Of a stretch of DNA of 64,000 nucleotides, positions 1-9,153 are shown piece after piece (the stretch's first letter is position 1; the number at the start of each line of letters is the position of its first letter). The notes under the pieces were generated by a model, which worked only from the letters and a program-made list of their open reading frames with translations, did not search any database and had not been told where the DNA came from. The translations under genes were made by a program, and so were the position numbers. Source of the stretch: a virus; IMG/VR virus record IMGVR_UViG_3300033233_000015, positions 46,082 through 110,081 of that record; one strand, 5' to 3'.

Positions 1-2
1 TG

Positions 3-677
3 TCGGACAAGCGCGTCCTCTTCAGTTTCGCGTACGTCGGAACCAACTGGCTCCCGAATCACAAGCTCGCGGAGGTCTGCGCGGGCTCGCCTGAGGTGAT
101 GATCGATTCTGGCGTGTTCACGGCCTGGAAGCAGGGGAAGACCATCGAGCTCGAAACGTACGTCGATTGGCTCAAGAACACCGCGCCAGCGTTTCGGTGG
201 TGCATGGCGCTCGACGTCATCACGGACGCGAAGGCGTCGCTCGCGCAGTGGCGCAAGATGATCTCCTCGGCGCCGACGCTCGCCTCCAGCATCGTGCCGG
301 TGTGGCACGAAGGCGATCCGCTCGACATCCTCGACGAGTACGTCTCGCTCTCGGAGCTCGTCGCTCTCGGCCGCATCGAGGGTCGCCGATCGGAGCAGAA
401 GACGTACGAGTTCTACGACGCGGCGTTCAATGCCTACCCTGAGGGCAGGTTTCACGCGCTCGGTCAAGCGAACCCCGTGCACCTAGAGCCGTATCCGTTC
501 GCGTCGTTCGACTCGACGGGATGGCAGCGCGACGCAGCGTACTCGAACGCGGCGAGGTGGCCGTTCAACCGCTGCTCGAAGGAGACGCGGCTTCGCGCGT
601 ACATCGAGGCCATCGAAACGATCGAGCACAAGCCGCCGAAGCAGTTGAGCCTCGCGATGGGGAGGAGGACGGCGTGA
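3..677 (+). CDS. DpdA/queuine tRNA-ribosyltransferase (TGT)-like protein, probably 5'-truncated by the window edge
   Basis: Motifs IDSGVFT, LDVI, VPVWH, VALG, FHALG, FDST in TGT-fold order; frame open back to position 3. Confidence 0.7.
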   Translation, partial: SDKRVLFSFAYVGTNWLPNHKLAEVCAGSPEVMIDSGVFTAWKQGKTIELETYVDWLKNTAPAFRWCMALDVITDAKASLAQWRKMISSAPTLASSIVPVWHEGDPLDILDEYVSLSELVALGRIEGRRSEQKTYEFYDAAFNAYPEGRFHALGQANPVHLEPYPFASFDSTGWQRDAAYSNAARWPFNRCSKETRLRAYIEAIETIEHKPPKQLSLAMGRRTA

Positions 678-1045
678 GCAAGCACGAAGAACGCGCGCGG
701 CGGGTGAACGCATCGACTTGTCCCGCTCAGGAGAGCAACGATCCGAAGGATTGCAACTGCGTCGAAACACTCGTTGCCGAGTTCGACGCGGTAGAGGCGG
801 AGGCGAAGTCCGCCGAGCCTGGCGGAGTAGATCGCATCGTGCCGCTGTCGAACGGCGACATCGAAGTATGGAGCGACGGGCACGCGCATACTTACTCGCC
901 GACCTCACGACTCGTCGCTGCTGAGGATGATGTAGCGCGGTTGCGAACTGCGCTGACGAACATGCTGGAGACGCAACTCTCGAAGTCGAGCGAGGGTGAT
1001 CGGCATCGGGACCAGGCGCGCGACGTGATGAGGAGGACCGCGTGA
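674..1045 (+). CDS. hypothetical protein
   Basis: GTG overlapping the upstream stop, GGAGG SD. Confidence 0.6.
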   Translation: MSKHEERARRVNASTCPAQESNDPKDCNCVETLVAEFDAVEAEAKSAEPGGVDRIVPLSNGDIEVWSDGHAHTYSPTSRLVAAEDDVARLRTALTNMLETQLSKSSEGDRHRDQARDVMRRTA

Positions 1046-1223
1046 AAGATCGAGTGAGAGGCGCGCTCGTCATCGCTCTCGTGGTCGCGTACTGCATCGC
1101 GATCATGCACGACTTCTACTATCTGCGCACCGCGCGTCCGCACGAGATCGGGTGGTGTCTGCAATGATGATCATTGGCATCGGGGGCTTGACATCGTCGA
1201 CCGTTCCGTGGCATTGGTGGTTG

Positions 1224-1673
1224 GTGCCGCGCGGAGCGAAGCCAAAAATCTACGACAAGGGTCTCGTTGCGCGCGTAACCGATTTGTACGCGGGTGGGAT
1301 GACGCAGACCGAAGTGGCCGCTGCGGTCGGGCTCACGCAGAAGGTCGTGTGGAAGTTGATGCTTCGTCACGGAATCAAGGCGCGCGTCGCGGCGAAACGA
1401 GATCAGCGAGGTCCGAAAAATTCCACATGGAAAGGTGGGCAGGCTCGATATGCAGCCCTGCATCTTCGGGTCGCGACCGTTCGCGGTAAGCCGAAGCGAT
1501 GCGGGGACTGCGGGACCACGAAGGCGAAACGATACGAGTGGGCAAACCTGACGGGTCGCTACGACGACGTGAACGATTACAGACGGCTATGCGTTTCCTG
1601 TCATCACAAGATGGACGGAACCGTCCGCAACCTTGGGGCGCACACCAAGAGAAAGGGTACTCGCCCGAGATGA
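1224..1673 (+). CDS. HTH + HNH-like endonuclease
   Basis: HTH (MTQTEVAAAVGLTQKVV), then CGDCG...EWAN...LCVSCHHKMD; start approximate. Confidence 0.7.
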   Translation: MPRGAKPKIYDKGLVARVTDLYAGGMTQTEVAAAVGLTQKVVWKLMLRHGIKARVAAKRDQRGPKNSTWKGGQARYAALHLRVATVRGKPKRCGDCGTTKAKRYEWANLTGRYDDVNDYRRLCVSCHHKMDGTVRNLGAHTKRKGTRPR

Positions 1674-3071
1674 TGACGATTGGTTCATTGTTCTCGGGCA
1701 TAAGTAGGCGGCCTCGAGTTGGGGCTTGAGCGCTCGGGCTTCGGCCCCGTCGTCTTCCAGTGCGAGATCGATCCGTTCTGCCGCAGCGTGCTCGCAAAGC
1801 ACTGGCCCGACGCAAAGAGGTATGAGGATGTCCGATCCATTGACGAGTCCGCTCCACGAGTCGACGTCCTCTGCGGAGGATTCCCTTGCACGGACATCAG
1901 CGTCGCTGGAAGGGGAGCGGGACTCGAGGGAGAGCACTCCGGGCTCTGGTTCGAGTTCGCTCGCATCATTCGCGTTCTACGACCGCGGATCGTTGTTGCC
2001 GAAAACGTGGCAGCTCTCCTTGGTAGGGGAATCGATCGTATACTCGGAGACCTTTCCTCGCTCGGGTACGATGCGGAGTGGTCGACTCTACGAGCGAGCG
2101 ACTTGGGCGCGCCGCACCTCAGGGATCGCGTCTTCATCATCGCGTGGAGGGTGGCCGACGCCGACGGCGAACGACTGGAAGGGGCCGAACCTCAGCGGGA
2201 GCGGGACGGCGAGCTCGAACTCGCTGTCGACGAAGGTAGCGTTGTGGCCGACGCCGAACGCAGCGAGGGGGCAGACGCTCCCCGAGGAAGCGTCGGACAC
2301 GGGAGCGATGCCCGACGGCTCGAAGCGTCAGTTCGGTCTTCGCGAAGCGGTGAAGCGATCGACATGGCCGACGCCACGAGCTCACGATGCGGAGTCGCCG
2401 GGCGGATTCGATCGAGCGACGGAGGGCGGCCCGAGCTTGGCGACGGCGGTGCGATTGTGGCCGACGCCCGACGCTTCGATGGTGACGGGCGGTCGGACGC
2501 TGCCGTCGGACTGCTCGGATACGGGGCGCATGCCCGACGGGACGAAGAGACAGATGGGGCTGCGCGAGGCGGTGAAGCGCTCGACGTGGCCGACGCCGAC
2601 AGCGGGCGATGCGAAATCATCGGGATCGAGGAACCTCGAAGGCTCGGATGCACATCAGGGGATCTCGCTGACGGATCTGGTGCTGCACGGAGGCTCGACG
2701 ATCGGCCGCCGTGGGACGACGACGTGGCCGACACCGAGCGCGACGCCGTACGGATCGAGTCAGAACGGGGTGAACAGCGACAGACCGAGTGCGGGGACTC
2801 CGTCGCTCGAGACGAGCGCGAAGAAGGAGGGCGGCGTCCTGAATCCGTCGTGGGTCGAGTGCCTGATGGGATTTCCGATCGGGTACACCGATGGCCTGCC
2901 GGTCCCGACGAAGAGCAGTACGAGTGGGAGCCGCCGCGCGCGCTCCCCAAAGGCCGACACCCCAACCGAGCCGCACGACTGAAGGCGCTCGGCAACGCGG
3001 TCGTGCCGCAGCAGGGCGAGGTTGTCGGTCGAGAGGTGCATCGGATTCTTGCTGAGCGAGGTGTGATGTGA
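1670..3071 (+). pseudogene. dcm: DNA (cytosine-5) methyltransferase, alpha polypeptide, frameshifted in motif I
   Basis: SLFSGI (1670 frame) continues as GGLELG in the 1719 frame after an extra AGTA at 1703-1706; motifs GGFPCTD, ENV, RDRVF, RLKALGNAVVP are intact. Confidence 0.85.
1822..2982 (+). CDS. Overlapping-frame methyltransferase beta polypeptide with WPTP repeats and a motif IX-like C-terminus
   Basis: Long nested ORF in an alternative frame, six WPTP repeats, LNPSWVECLMGFPIGYT; GAGG upstream of ATG 1822/1828. Confidence 0.7.
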   Translation: MRMSDPLTSPLHESTSSAEDSLARTSASLEGERDSRESTPGSGSSSLASFAFYDRGSLLPKTWQLSLVGESIVYSETFPRSGTMRSGRLYERATWARRTSGIASSSSRGGWPTPTANDWKGPNLSGSGTASSNSLSTKVALWPTPNAARGQTLPEEASDTGAMPDGSKRQFGLREAVKRSTWPTPRAHDAESPGGFDRATEGGPSLATAVRLWPTPDASMVTGGRTLPSDCSDTGRMPDGTKRQMGLREAVKRSTWPTPTAGDAKSSGSRNLEGSDAHQGISLTDLVLHGGSTIGRRGTTTWPTPSATPYGSSQNGVNSDRPSAGTPSLETSAKKEGGVLNPSWVECLMGFPIGYTDGLPVPTKSSTSGSRRARSPKADTPTEPHD

Positions 3072-3460
3072 TCGCGCTGTTCAGGCGGGGCACCCTCAAG
3101 CTCGAAATGTATCTCGTGGACGCCTTCGGAAATAGGCTTCCAACGAACCAAGGAATCGCCGTCGCTGGCTATTTCCCGAGTCTTCCGCCGACACCAGCGC
3201 CGACGGGGATCCCCGTCTTGTCGCCAGGCAGGCGTCTCTGCTCTGGCTGCCAGCAGGTTCGACCCCTCGCCGAGTTCGGTTACGGCGGTCACGACGGCCA
3301 CGCGCGCGCCGCGCGATGCGCGTCGTGTCGCCGCGCGAATCCGTACGCTCGCATGGGTGAACGCGAGTGCGAACGATGTGGATGTCGAACCGACGCCGCT
3401 GGTGGCGTCTGTCGATTCTGTCAGGAACGAGAAGGTCAGAAGGAGAACGATCATGGATAA
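3068..3460 (+). CDS. hypothetical Zn-finger protein
   Basis: Four CxxC pairs; coupled start. Confidence 0.6.
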   Translation: MIALFRRGTLKLEMYLVDAFGNRLPTNQGIAVAGYFPSLPPTPAPTGIPVLSPGRRLCSGCQQVRPLAEFGYGGHDGHARAARCASCRRANPYARMGERECERCGCRTDAAGGVCRFCQEREGQKENDHG

Positions 3461-3629
3461 GAAAGAGTTGTGGCTCAGGTTTGCGTGTGCGGCTTTGGCG
3501 AACCTCGAGACGGGAGACGACATCGACGACGACGCGGAAGACGTCGCGAAGCTCGCCGACGCGATGGTCGAGGAGTACGAAGAGCGGTTCGCCACCCCCC
3601 GTCGGCGCCGCGGCAAAGAAGGAGACTGA
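3453..3629 (+). CDS. small hypothetical phage protein
   Basis: AGGAG SD; AKLADAMVEE motif common in small phage proteins. Confidence 0.6.
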   Translation: MDKKELWLRFACAALANLETGDDIDDDAEDVAKLADAMVEEYEERFATPRRRRGKEGD

Positions 3630-3632
3630 TCG

Positions 3633-3818
3633 ATGGCTCAGTTCTTCGTGCCGATCGACGTCGCGATCGAAGCTCGTGATCGCGAAGACGCCTTTCGTCA
3701 GGCGAGCAGCGTCCAAGCGCTCGTGAAGAACCCCTTCGTCCGAGGTCAACTCGAGAACGAGGGGGTTCAGGTCAAGAAGATCACCGTCTTCATGCCGCAA
3801 GAGAAACCGAGGGTGTGA
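3633..3818 (+). CDS. hypothetical protein
   Basis: SD and operon coupling. Confidence 0.6.
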   Translation: MAQFFVPIDVAIEARDREDAFRQASSVQALVKNPFVRGQLENEGVQVKKITVFMPQEKPRV

Positions 3819-3820
3819 CC

Positions 3821-4684
3821 ATGGGAACGAAAGATACTCGCGCGGCACACGGGGCTTCGGGCAAGAGGGACGTCCTCTTGTTCGATCCCGACGACTTGGT
3901 GCTCGTCACCGATCCGAGCCACCCGCTCTACCAGCCGTCGGTCAACGCTCCGCCCGAAGAGGCCGACGTGCTCAACATCATGCACTACGGCATCATCGAA
4001 CCGATCGTCGTGCGCAAGAATCCCGAGACGGGCGAGACCGAGGTCGTCGCGGGACGGACGCGAACCAAGGCGCTTCGCGAGGCGAACCGCCGCCTCAAGG
4101 CGCGAGGCGACAAGCCGCACATGATGCCAGCCATCGCCAAGCGCGGTGAGATTTCGATGCTCGCGGGCGTCATGGTGAGCGAGAACGCCATCCGACGCAC
4201 GTACTCCCCCATGGAGCGCGCGAACGAGATGAAGAAGCTCGCCGACATGAACTTCTCGGACGAGGACATCGCCGTCACGTTCGGGCTGAAATCGGTCACG
4301 AGCGTCAAGACGGCGATGGCGGTCCTCGACGCGACCAAGACGGTGCGTGACGCCGTCGACTCGGGCAAGGTCACGTTCGCGCAGGCCGCGAAGCTGGCGT
4401 CACTGCCGCCCGACGATCAGCGCGCGAAGATCGAGGAGATCGACAAGATCGGCGCCGTCAACGGCAAGCGCAACGGCAGCGCGCGACAGCGAGCTCAGTT
4501 CGTCAACGATGGCCCCGTCGCTCGCGGCAAGCGAGAAGTCGAGAAGAAACTCGAAGCGCTCAAGGGAGAAGACGTTCCCGCGAAACTCGACGCTCACCGA
4601 GTTCGGCACTGGCGAGAGGCGCTTGAGTGGTATCTCGGCGAGGAGAACGCGCTCTGTTCGGTGGTGGCGAGCGATGGCGACTAG
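3821..4684 (+). CDS. ParB/Srx-like N-terminal domain + HTH protein
   Basis: GIIEPIVVR...VVAGRTRTKA...SENAIRRTYSPMERA. Confidence 0.8.
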   Translation: MGTKDTRAAHGASGKRDVLLFDPDDLVLVTDPSHPLYQPSVNAPPEEADVLNIMHYGIIEPIVVRKNPETGETEVVAGRTRTKALREANRRLKARGDKPHMMPAIAKRGEISMLAGVMVSENAIRRTYSPMERANEMKKLADMNFSDEDIAVTFGLKSVTSVKTAMAVLDATKTVRDAVDSGKVTFAQAAKLASLPPDDQRAKIEEIDKIGAVNGKRNGSARQRAQFVNDGPVARGKREVEKKLEALKGEDVPAKLDAHRVRHWREALEWYLGEENALCSVVASDGD

Positions 4685-5057
4685 GCGCAAACCGTACGTC
4701 GCGCCGAAGATCGTCATCCTGCCGACGACGATGGTGGTTTCTCGTCCGCGCTGGAAGGAGTTCCTCTCTCGCATGGAGGGGAAAGAGGGCTGCAACTTCC
4801 GCGAGGATCCGAAGAAGCTAGAGACCCGCAAGGAGAGCGCGCGGTTCGGCAAGCCTCGGATCGTTTGGAACTGCGAGCACACCCTGAATATCGCCTCGCG
4901 ACTGCTTCGAAAGATGGGCTTCGATGTCGAATCGTCGCTCACTTACTTCCGCAGCCGCGGCGGCTACTGCGACTGCGAAGTGCTCTTCAACGTGCCGCGT
5001 CGACGTCGTCGCGGGCGACAGCGACGGCGCATTCGGAAGAAGGGATCACCGTCATGA
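4674..5057 (+). CDS. DUF2695-like protein
   Basis: YFRSRGGYCDCEVLFNV signature. Confidence 0.65.
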   Translation: MATRRKPYVAPKIVILPTTMVVSRPRWKEFLSRMEGKEGCNFREDPKKLETRKESARFGKPRIVWNCEHTLNIASRLLRKMGFDVESSLTYFRSRGGYCDCEVLFNVPRRRRRGRQRRRIRKKGSPS

Positions 5058-5365
5058 CGCGGCACTTTTCGTTCTGGTGCGAGTCATGCCCGACGCGCGT
5101 TCTGGTGGAGACGGAGGTGTCCGCAGCTTCCTGCTATCCCGATCCTGAGTACGTGGGCGCGATGGACGGAGTGGCCACCGCACGTATCCGTCCGCCTGTA
5201 GAACACGATGACGGGCTTGAGATCGCTGATCTCTGCCCCGCGGACGGCGGGCAGCTGCACTGCCTCGACGAACTGATCGGTCGAGGCCTCATCCCGCATC
5301 ACGACGACATCGACTCTCCGAATCTGCACGCAGGTTGGATCGAGAAAAGAAAGGCGAGTGCGTGA
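5054..5365 (+). CDS. hypothetical protein
   Basis: ATGA coupling. Confidence 0.5.
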   Translation: MTRHFSFWCESCPTRVLVETEVSAASCYPDPEYVGAMDGVATARIRPPVEHDDGLEIADLCPADGGQLHCLDELIGRGLIPHHDDIDSPNLHAGWIEKRKASA

Positions 5366-5526
5366 ACTCGCGTCGCCCGTGCCCCGACTGCGGCGAACCG
5401 GTCGAGGTTCGCCGCTCGGAGTCGGAGGGGAACTATCCAGGCGCGATGGTGATCTTGGGCTTCGAGATCAAGTGCGGTCCCGAACACGAACGACGATGCC
5501 GATACTACAAGGAGAAGACATCATGA
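5362..5526 (+). CDS. small CxxC protein
   Basis: GTGA coupling, CPDCG. Confidence 0.5.
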   Translation: MNSRRPCPDCGEPVEVRRSESEGNYPGAMVILGFEIKCGPEHERRCRYYKEKTS

Positions 5527-5810
5527 GCGCTCGAGGCAAGGCAAGGAAGTTGGTCCGTCTCGCTACGGACAAGGGGACACCGGACAACGAAGCGATGGCC
5601 GCCGCGATGACGGCATGCAGGATCATCAACGAGAACGATCTGCTCGACGACGAAGGCGAGGGTGGTATCGGATCGATCATCAGCGGCGCTGGTCTCGACG
5701 AAGATCAGGTCGAAGCCGCCACATCGATCTTCAAGAAGCTCTCCGATCCCGAGTTCGTCTCGTCGGTGAAGAAGATCGCGCGTTCGCTCATGCGGGGGAG
5801 GCGGAGGTGA
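5523..5810 (+). CDS. DUF2786-like N-terminal domain protein
   Basis: KARKLVRLATDKGTPDNEAMAAA. Confidence 0.55.
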   Translation: MSARGKARKLVRLATDKGTPDNEAMAAAMTACRIINENDLLDDEGEGGIGSIISGAGLDEDQVEAATSIFKKLSDPEFVSSVKKIARSLMRGRRR

Positions 5811-5962
5811 ACCGCGACACGCGACGACGTGCCGAGCGTCGCGCTGAAGGCGTCTGTATTCGGTGCGGCAAATGGGAGATCGCGCGCGAGCGATCACGAT
5901 CACGGTGCGGCGACTGCCTCGAATACCAACGGACACGAAACGAGCGAGCGAGGAGACGATGA
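5807..5962 (+). CDS. small Zn-finger protein
   Basis: CIRCG...RCGDC, coupled at both ends. Confidence 0.55.
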   Translation: MNRDTRRRAERRAEGVCIRCGKWEIARERSRSRCGDCLEYQRTRNERARRR

Positions 5963-6213
5963 GCTGGCACGCGCGATGGGGAAAACCCGATCCGTTCAAG
6001 AAGCCGGTCAAGGTCGGCGAGCGAATCGGACCATGGGAGGTGCTCGGCGAAGTTCGCGCGCACGCGCACTACGGTGTTCAAATCAAGGCGCGATGCATCG
6101 TCTGCGGGGTCACGCGCATCCACGTTCAGACGCGCTTGCGGTACGCGGCGAAGAAGGCGAAGCGCGGTGGCGTCGCGCTCGGTCACAAGGGATGCGGAAA
6201 GACGAAGCGATGA
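5959..6213 (+). CDS. hypothetical protein
   Basis: AGGAG SD, coupling, CIVCG. Confidence 0.55.
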   Translation: MSWHARWGKPDPFKKPVKVGERIGPWEVLGEVRAHAHYGVQIKARCIVCGVTRIHVQTRLRYAAKKAKRGGVALGHKGCGKTKR

Positions 6214-6737
6214 TCTCCACCACATGCATCGTGTGCGGCGGGTTCGCGACCGAGTGGTGTGCTCGGCTCGAGCATCGCGCGTTCGCGTCGAGCATCACGC
6301 CGAAGATGGAGCCGCACTGCCGCGAGCACGGGATGGTGAGATTCTTAGACGACTCGAAGCGTGTCGATTGGGCCGCGCGTCTCGCCGTCGTCAAGAGCGA
6401 CTGGTATCGCGTGCTCAAGTTCTGCAGCATCGAGCCCGCCTTCAACGACTCGATGACGGATTCGCTCGCGGTCGAACGGTACATCAAGGAGCTTCAGATC
6501 GCCCTCGACCTCGCGGGCACCGTCATGTGTCTCATGTGCACGCGCACCGATCACACGACAGCCGAGCACGAGCGGCTCGCGGAGATGAGCCCGCAGCCCT
6601 CTGGCGGCATCGAGGCGATGCGCAAGGGCGAGTTGAAGAAACTTCGCAAGATCGCAGAGGCGGCCCGAGACGTCGTCGATTCGACGGAGGACGTCTTCGC
6701 CGAGCTCAACGAACTGCTCCGAGAGGCTGGCTACTAG
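6210..6737 (+). CDS. hypothetical protein
   Basis: ATGA coupling. Confidence 0.55.
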   Translation: MISTTCIVCGGFATEWCARLEHRAFASSITPKMEPHCREHGMVRFLDDSKRVDWAARLAVVKSDWYRVLKFCSIEPAFNDSMTDSLAVERYIKELQIALDLAGTVMCLMCTRTDHTTAEHERLAEMSPQPSGGIEAMRKGELKKLRKIAEAARDVVDSTEDVFAELNELLREAGY

Positions 6738-6970
6738 TGGGCGCCGTAGATATCTTCTCCGCGACGGAGCCGTGCGAGTATGAGGGCTCGCGCAAGGTGA
6801 TCTCGCGCGACGGACACGCTTCACCGCTGCTCTGCGTCGCGCATGCGGAGGAGTGGTTCAAGAACGTGCCCGGCTGCACGCACATCGCGCGTCCGAGGCT
6901 CCTTCCGGGCGAGGGAGAATCGCACCCCTGCCAAGCGAACTGGCCGTTCACGGGGGCTGTACCAGGATGA
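6737..6970 (+). CDS. hypothetical protein
   Basis: GTG overlapping the upstream TAG. Confidence 0.4.
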   Translation: MGAVDIFSATEPCEYEGSRKVISRDGHASPLLCVAHAEEWFKNVPGCTHIARPRLLPGEGESHPCQANWPFTGAVPG

Positions 6971-6985
6971 AGAAAGGATCGGATC

Positions 6986-7195
6986 ATGACGCCTAGAGAA
7001 TTGGGTGGAGCAATCACGCGCGCGGAGGACGTGTTCGTTTGGGTGGGGTACACCCGAGACAAGGGGGTGTTCATTCGCGTCCCGAAGCCGGCGGCGAGAG
7101 AGATTGTGGACGAGGCGAAAGCCGAAGAGGTGACGAACGTCGAGGCGCACGCCTCCGGCAACGAAGTCTTCATTGGCCATTCGCCGCCGTACTGA
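6986..7195 (+). CDS. hypothetical protein
   Basis: SD, coupled to the next gene. Confidence 0.55.
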   Translation: MTPRELGGAITRAEDVFVWVGYTRDKGVFIRVPKPAAREIVDEAKAEEVTNVEAHASGNEVFIGHSPPY

Positions 7196-8082
7196 TGCTC
7201 TCCCTACCTTCCGAACTCGCAGGTCTTCCGCTCGTCGCGTCCGTGAGCGGAGGCAAGGATTCGACGGCGCTCATCCTCGCGCTGCTCGAGGCGGGGCTCG
7301 TGACGCGCTACGTCTTCGCCGACACGGGATGGGAAGCGCCAGAGACGTACACGTACCTCGACACGCTCCGCACGAAGCTCGGGATCGTGATCGACGTAGT
7401 GGGCGTGCCAGGAGGGATGCTCGCCATCGCGACGAAGAAGGCGGGCTTCCCTCAGCGCAAGGGGCGGTGGTGCACCGAGAAGCTCAAGATGATTCCGATC
7501 CGCGAATACCACCGCGCGATCGGCGCCGACGTCGTCAACGTGGTCGGCGTCCGCGCGGAAGAGAGCGCGAAGCGGGCGGCGATGTCGGAACTCGAGGACG
7601 ACGCCGAATGGGGCGGGTGGGTGTGGAGACCGCTGCTTCGATGGAGCGTCGCGGAGGTGCTGGCGATCCACCATCGACACGGCGTCCCCGTGAACCCGCT
7701 CTACAAGCGCGGTCACAACCGCGTCGGCTGCTACCCGTGCATCAACGCCGACAAGGAAGAGATCCGCCTCGTCGCCGAACACTCGCCCGAGCGCATCGAC
7801 GAGATTCGGGCGCACGAGCTGGCGCAGAGCACCGAGCGCGCGCGCCGCAACACGAGCGGCGAAGGAAACTTCAAGCATCTGACCTCGACGTACTTCAGTG
7901 CGCGTGAGTCGCTCGGACCGCGCGGCATCGACGAGGTCGTGGAGTGGTCGCGCACCGACCACGGCGGCAAGCAGCTGCCGCTCCTCGCTTCCGTTCCGAG
8001 CGGCGGATGTATGCGATGGGGTCTCTGCGAACCGCCGACGACGGAAGGAGAAGGAGAAGACGATGCAGCACAAGGAAATTGA
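7195..8082 (+). CDS. PAPS-reductase (CysH/DndC-like) PP-loop family protein
   Basis: SVSGGKDS PP-loop, ADTGWE, RWCTEKLK, GVRAEESAKR, NPLY, RVGCYPC. Confidence 0.9.
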   Translation: MLSLPSELAGLPLVASVSGGKDSTALILALLEAGLVTRYVFADTGWEAPETYTYLDTLRTKLGIVIDVVGVPGGMLAIATKKAGFPQRKGRWCTEKLKMIPIREYHRAIGADVVNVVGVRAEESAKRAAMSELEDDAEWGGWVWRPLLRWSVAEVLAIHHRHGVPVNPLYKRGHNRVGCYPCINADKEEIRLVAEHSPERIDEIRAHELAQSTERARRNTSGEGNFKHLTSTYFSARESLGPRGIDEVVEWSRTDHGGKQLPLLASVPSGGCMRWGLCEPPTTEGEGEDDAAQGN

Positions 8083-8284
8083 CTCGATGCCTACGGGGGT
8101 GGCTCACCCCGACGGCCGCACGTACAGCAACGCGACGCCCGACGACAAGAAGCCGATCGACAAGGACACCCCAAAGTGCGTCGGCTGCGGAAGCTGGCAT
8201 GGGGGTGTAGGGGCAGAGCATCTCTGCATGCAGGCGGAGATCCTCCGCCTACGAACGGAGAACCACGCACTGAGGCTGCGATGA
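8063..8284 (+). CDS. hypothetical protein
   Basis: AGGAG SD, CVGCG. Confidence 0.55.
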   Translation: MQHKEIDSMPTGVAHPDGRTYSNATPDDKKPIDKDTPKCVGCGSWHGGVGAEHLCMQAEILRLRTENHALRLR

Positions 8285-8598
8285 CAGACGACGATCCGTT
8301 TTTCCCTACGACGATGACCACCGCAGCGAAGGCCGATCTCGAGCTGCTCGATCGCATCCTCGATCCGCGAAACGATCCCGAACTGTCACCCGCCGAGCGG
8401 CGCGCGTTCCACGACATGCGGTGCACGATTCGCGCGGGAGACCAGGGCAGGCTCACCGCGAAACAAGCGGCGTGGGCGAACGAGGTCAATGCGCGGCTCA
8501 GGCCGATCGATCTCAGTACGGTGCCTGGGCTGACGGGTCGCGTTCCAACGATGTCCGTGCTCGCGGCGCCGCTACCGAAAAGGCCACCCGGACGATGA
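8281..8598 (+). CDS. hypothetical protein
   Basis: ATGA coupling. Confidence 0.55.
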   Translation: MTDDDPFFPTTMTTAAKADLELLDRILDPRNDPELSPAERRAFHDMRCTIRAGDQGRLTAKQAAWANEVNARLRPIDLSTVPGLTGRVPTMSVLAAPLPKRPPGR

Positions 8599-8739
8599 AA
8601 ACGTGCGAGGTGTGCGGGTGCCAGGTTCCCGATCGCAGTCACCAGGACGCGACCGCGCGGACTTGCTCTCCGACGTGCGCGTCGACGCTGTTCAAGCGCG
8701 AACATCCCGACTGGTCTCGTCGTCTTCTCGTTGCGGACG

Positions 8740-8864
8740 AGGATCACCCGATGCTCGGGCTTCGGATAGTACGGCGCGAGCGTCCACTTCCCACCGAAGT
8801 AGGAGAAGAACGGCCTGAGCGGCGCGCTGAATCCGAAGCCGAGCTGTCGGGTTGGCTCTCTCAT
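8740..8864 (-). pseudogene. N-terminal fragment of a Dam/D12-class adenine methyltransferase
   Basis: LRPFFSYFGGKWTLAPYYPKPEHRVI matches the D12 MTase start; the expected EPFxG motif is absent. Confidence 0.55.
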
Positions 8865-9153
8865 TGGTCGTCCTGCTTGCGGGACGAGTACGACGGACGT
8901 GGCGGCCGGCGGAGAGGCGAGGACGGCATGAACGAATGGGAAAAATTGCCAGCGGACACGTCTAAGACGTGCGGGTATTCCGAACTGCCGTTTCACGGCG
9001 GGACCATCGTGGTGTGGACCTCGAACGAAGATGCTTCAGGTCGATGCGGTAAGAAGGCAACGACGGCACGCATCTCTAGATGCGGATGCGGCAGGCGCGA
9101 CATGTCCACCTTCTGTTGCGACAAGCATCGGAAACACGCGGGTTCGTGATCCG

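Noticed and set aside
2192-3616. Long minus-strand ORF, and similar ones (e.g. 20993..22540, 47216..48751, 35326..36744)
   Set aside because: Shadow ORFs expected at high GC, opposite well-supported genes, with no motifs
3821-4684. ParABS partition system
   Set aside because: No ParA ATPase or parS array recognised in the window
7195-8082. Dnd phosphorothioation system, or sulfur-assimilation cysH as an auxiliary metabolic gene
   Set aside because: No dndA/B/D/E or cys pathway genes in the window; solitary PAPS-reductase-like genes are common in phages
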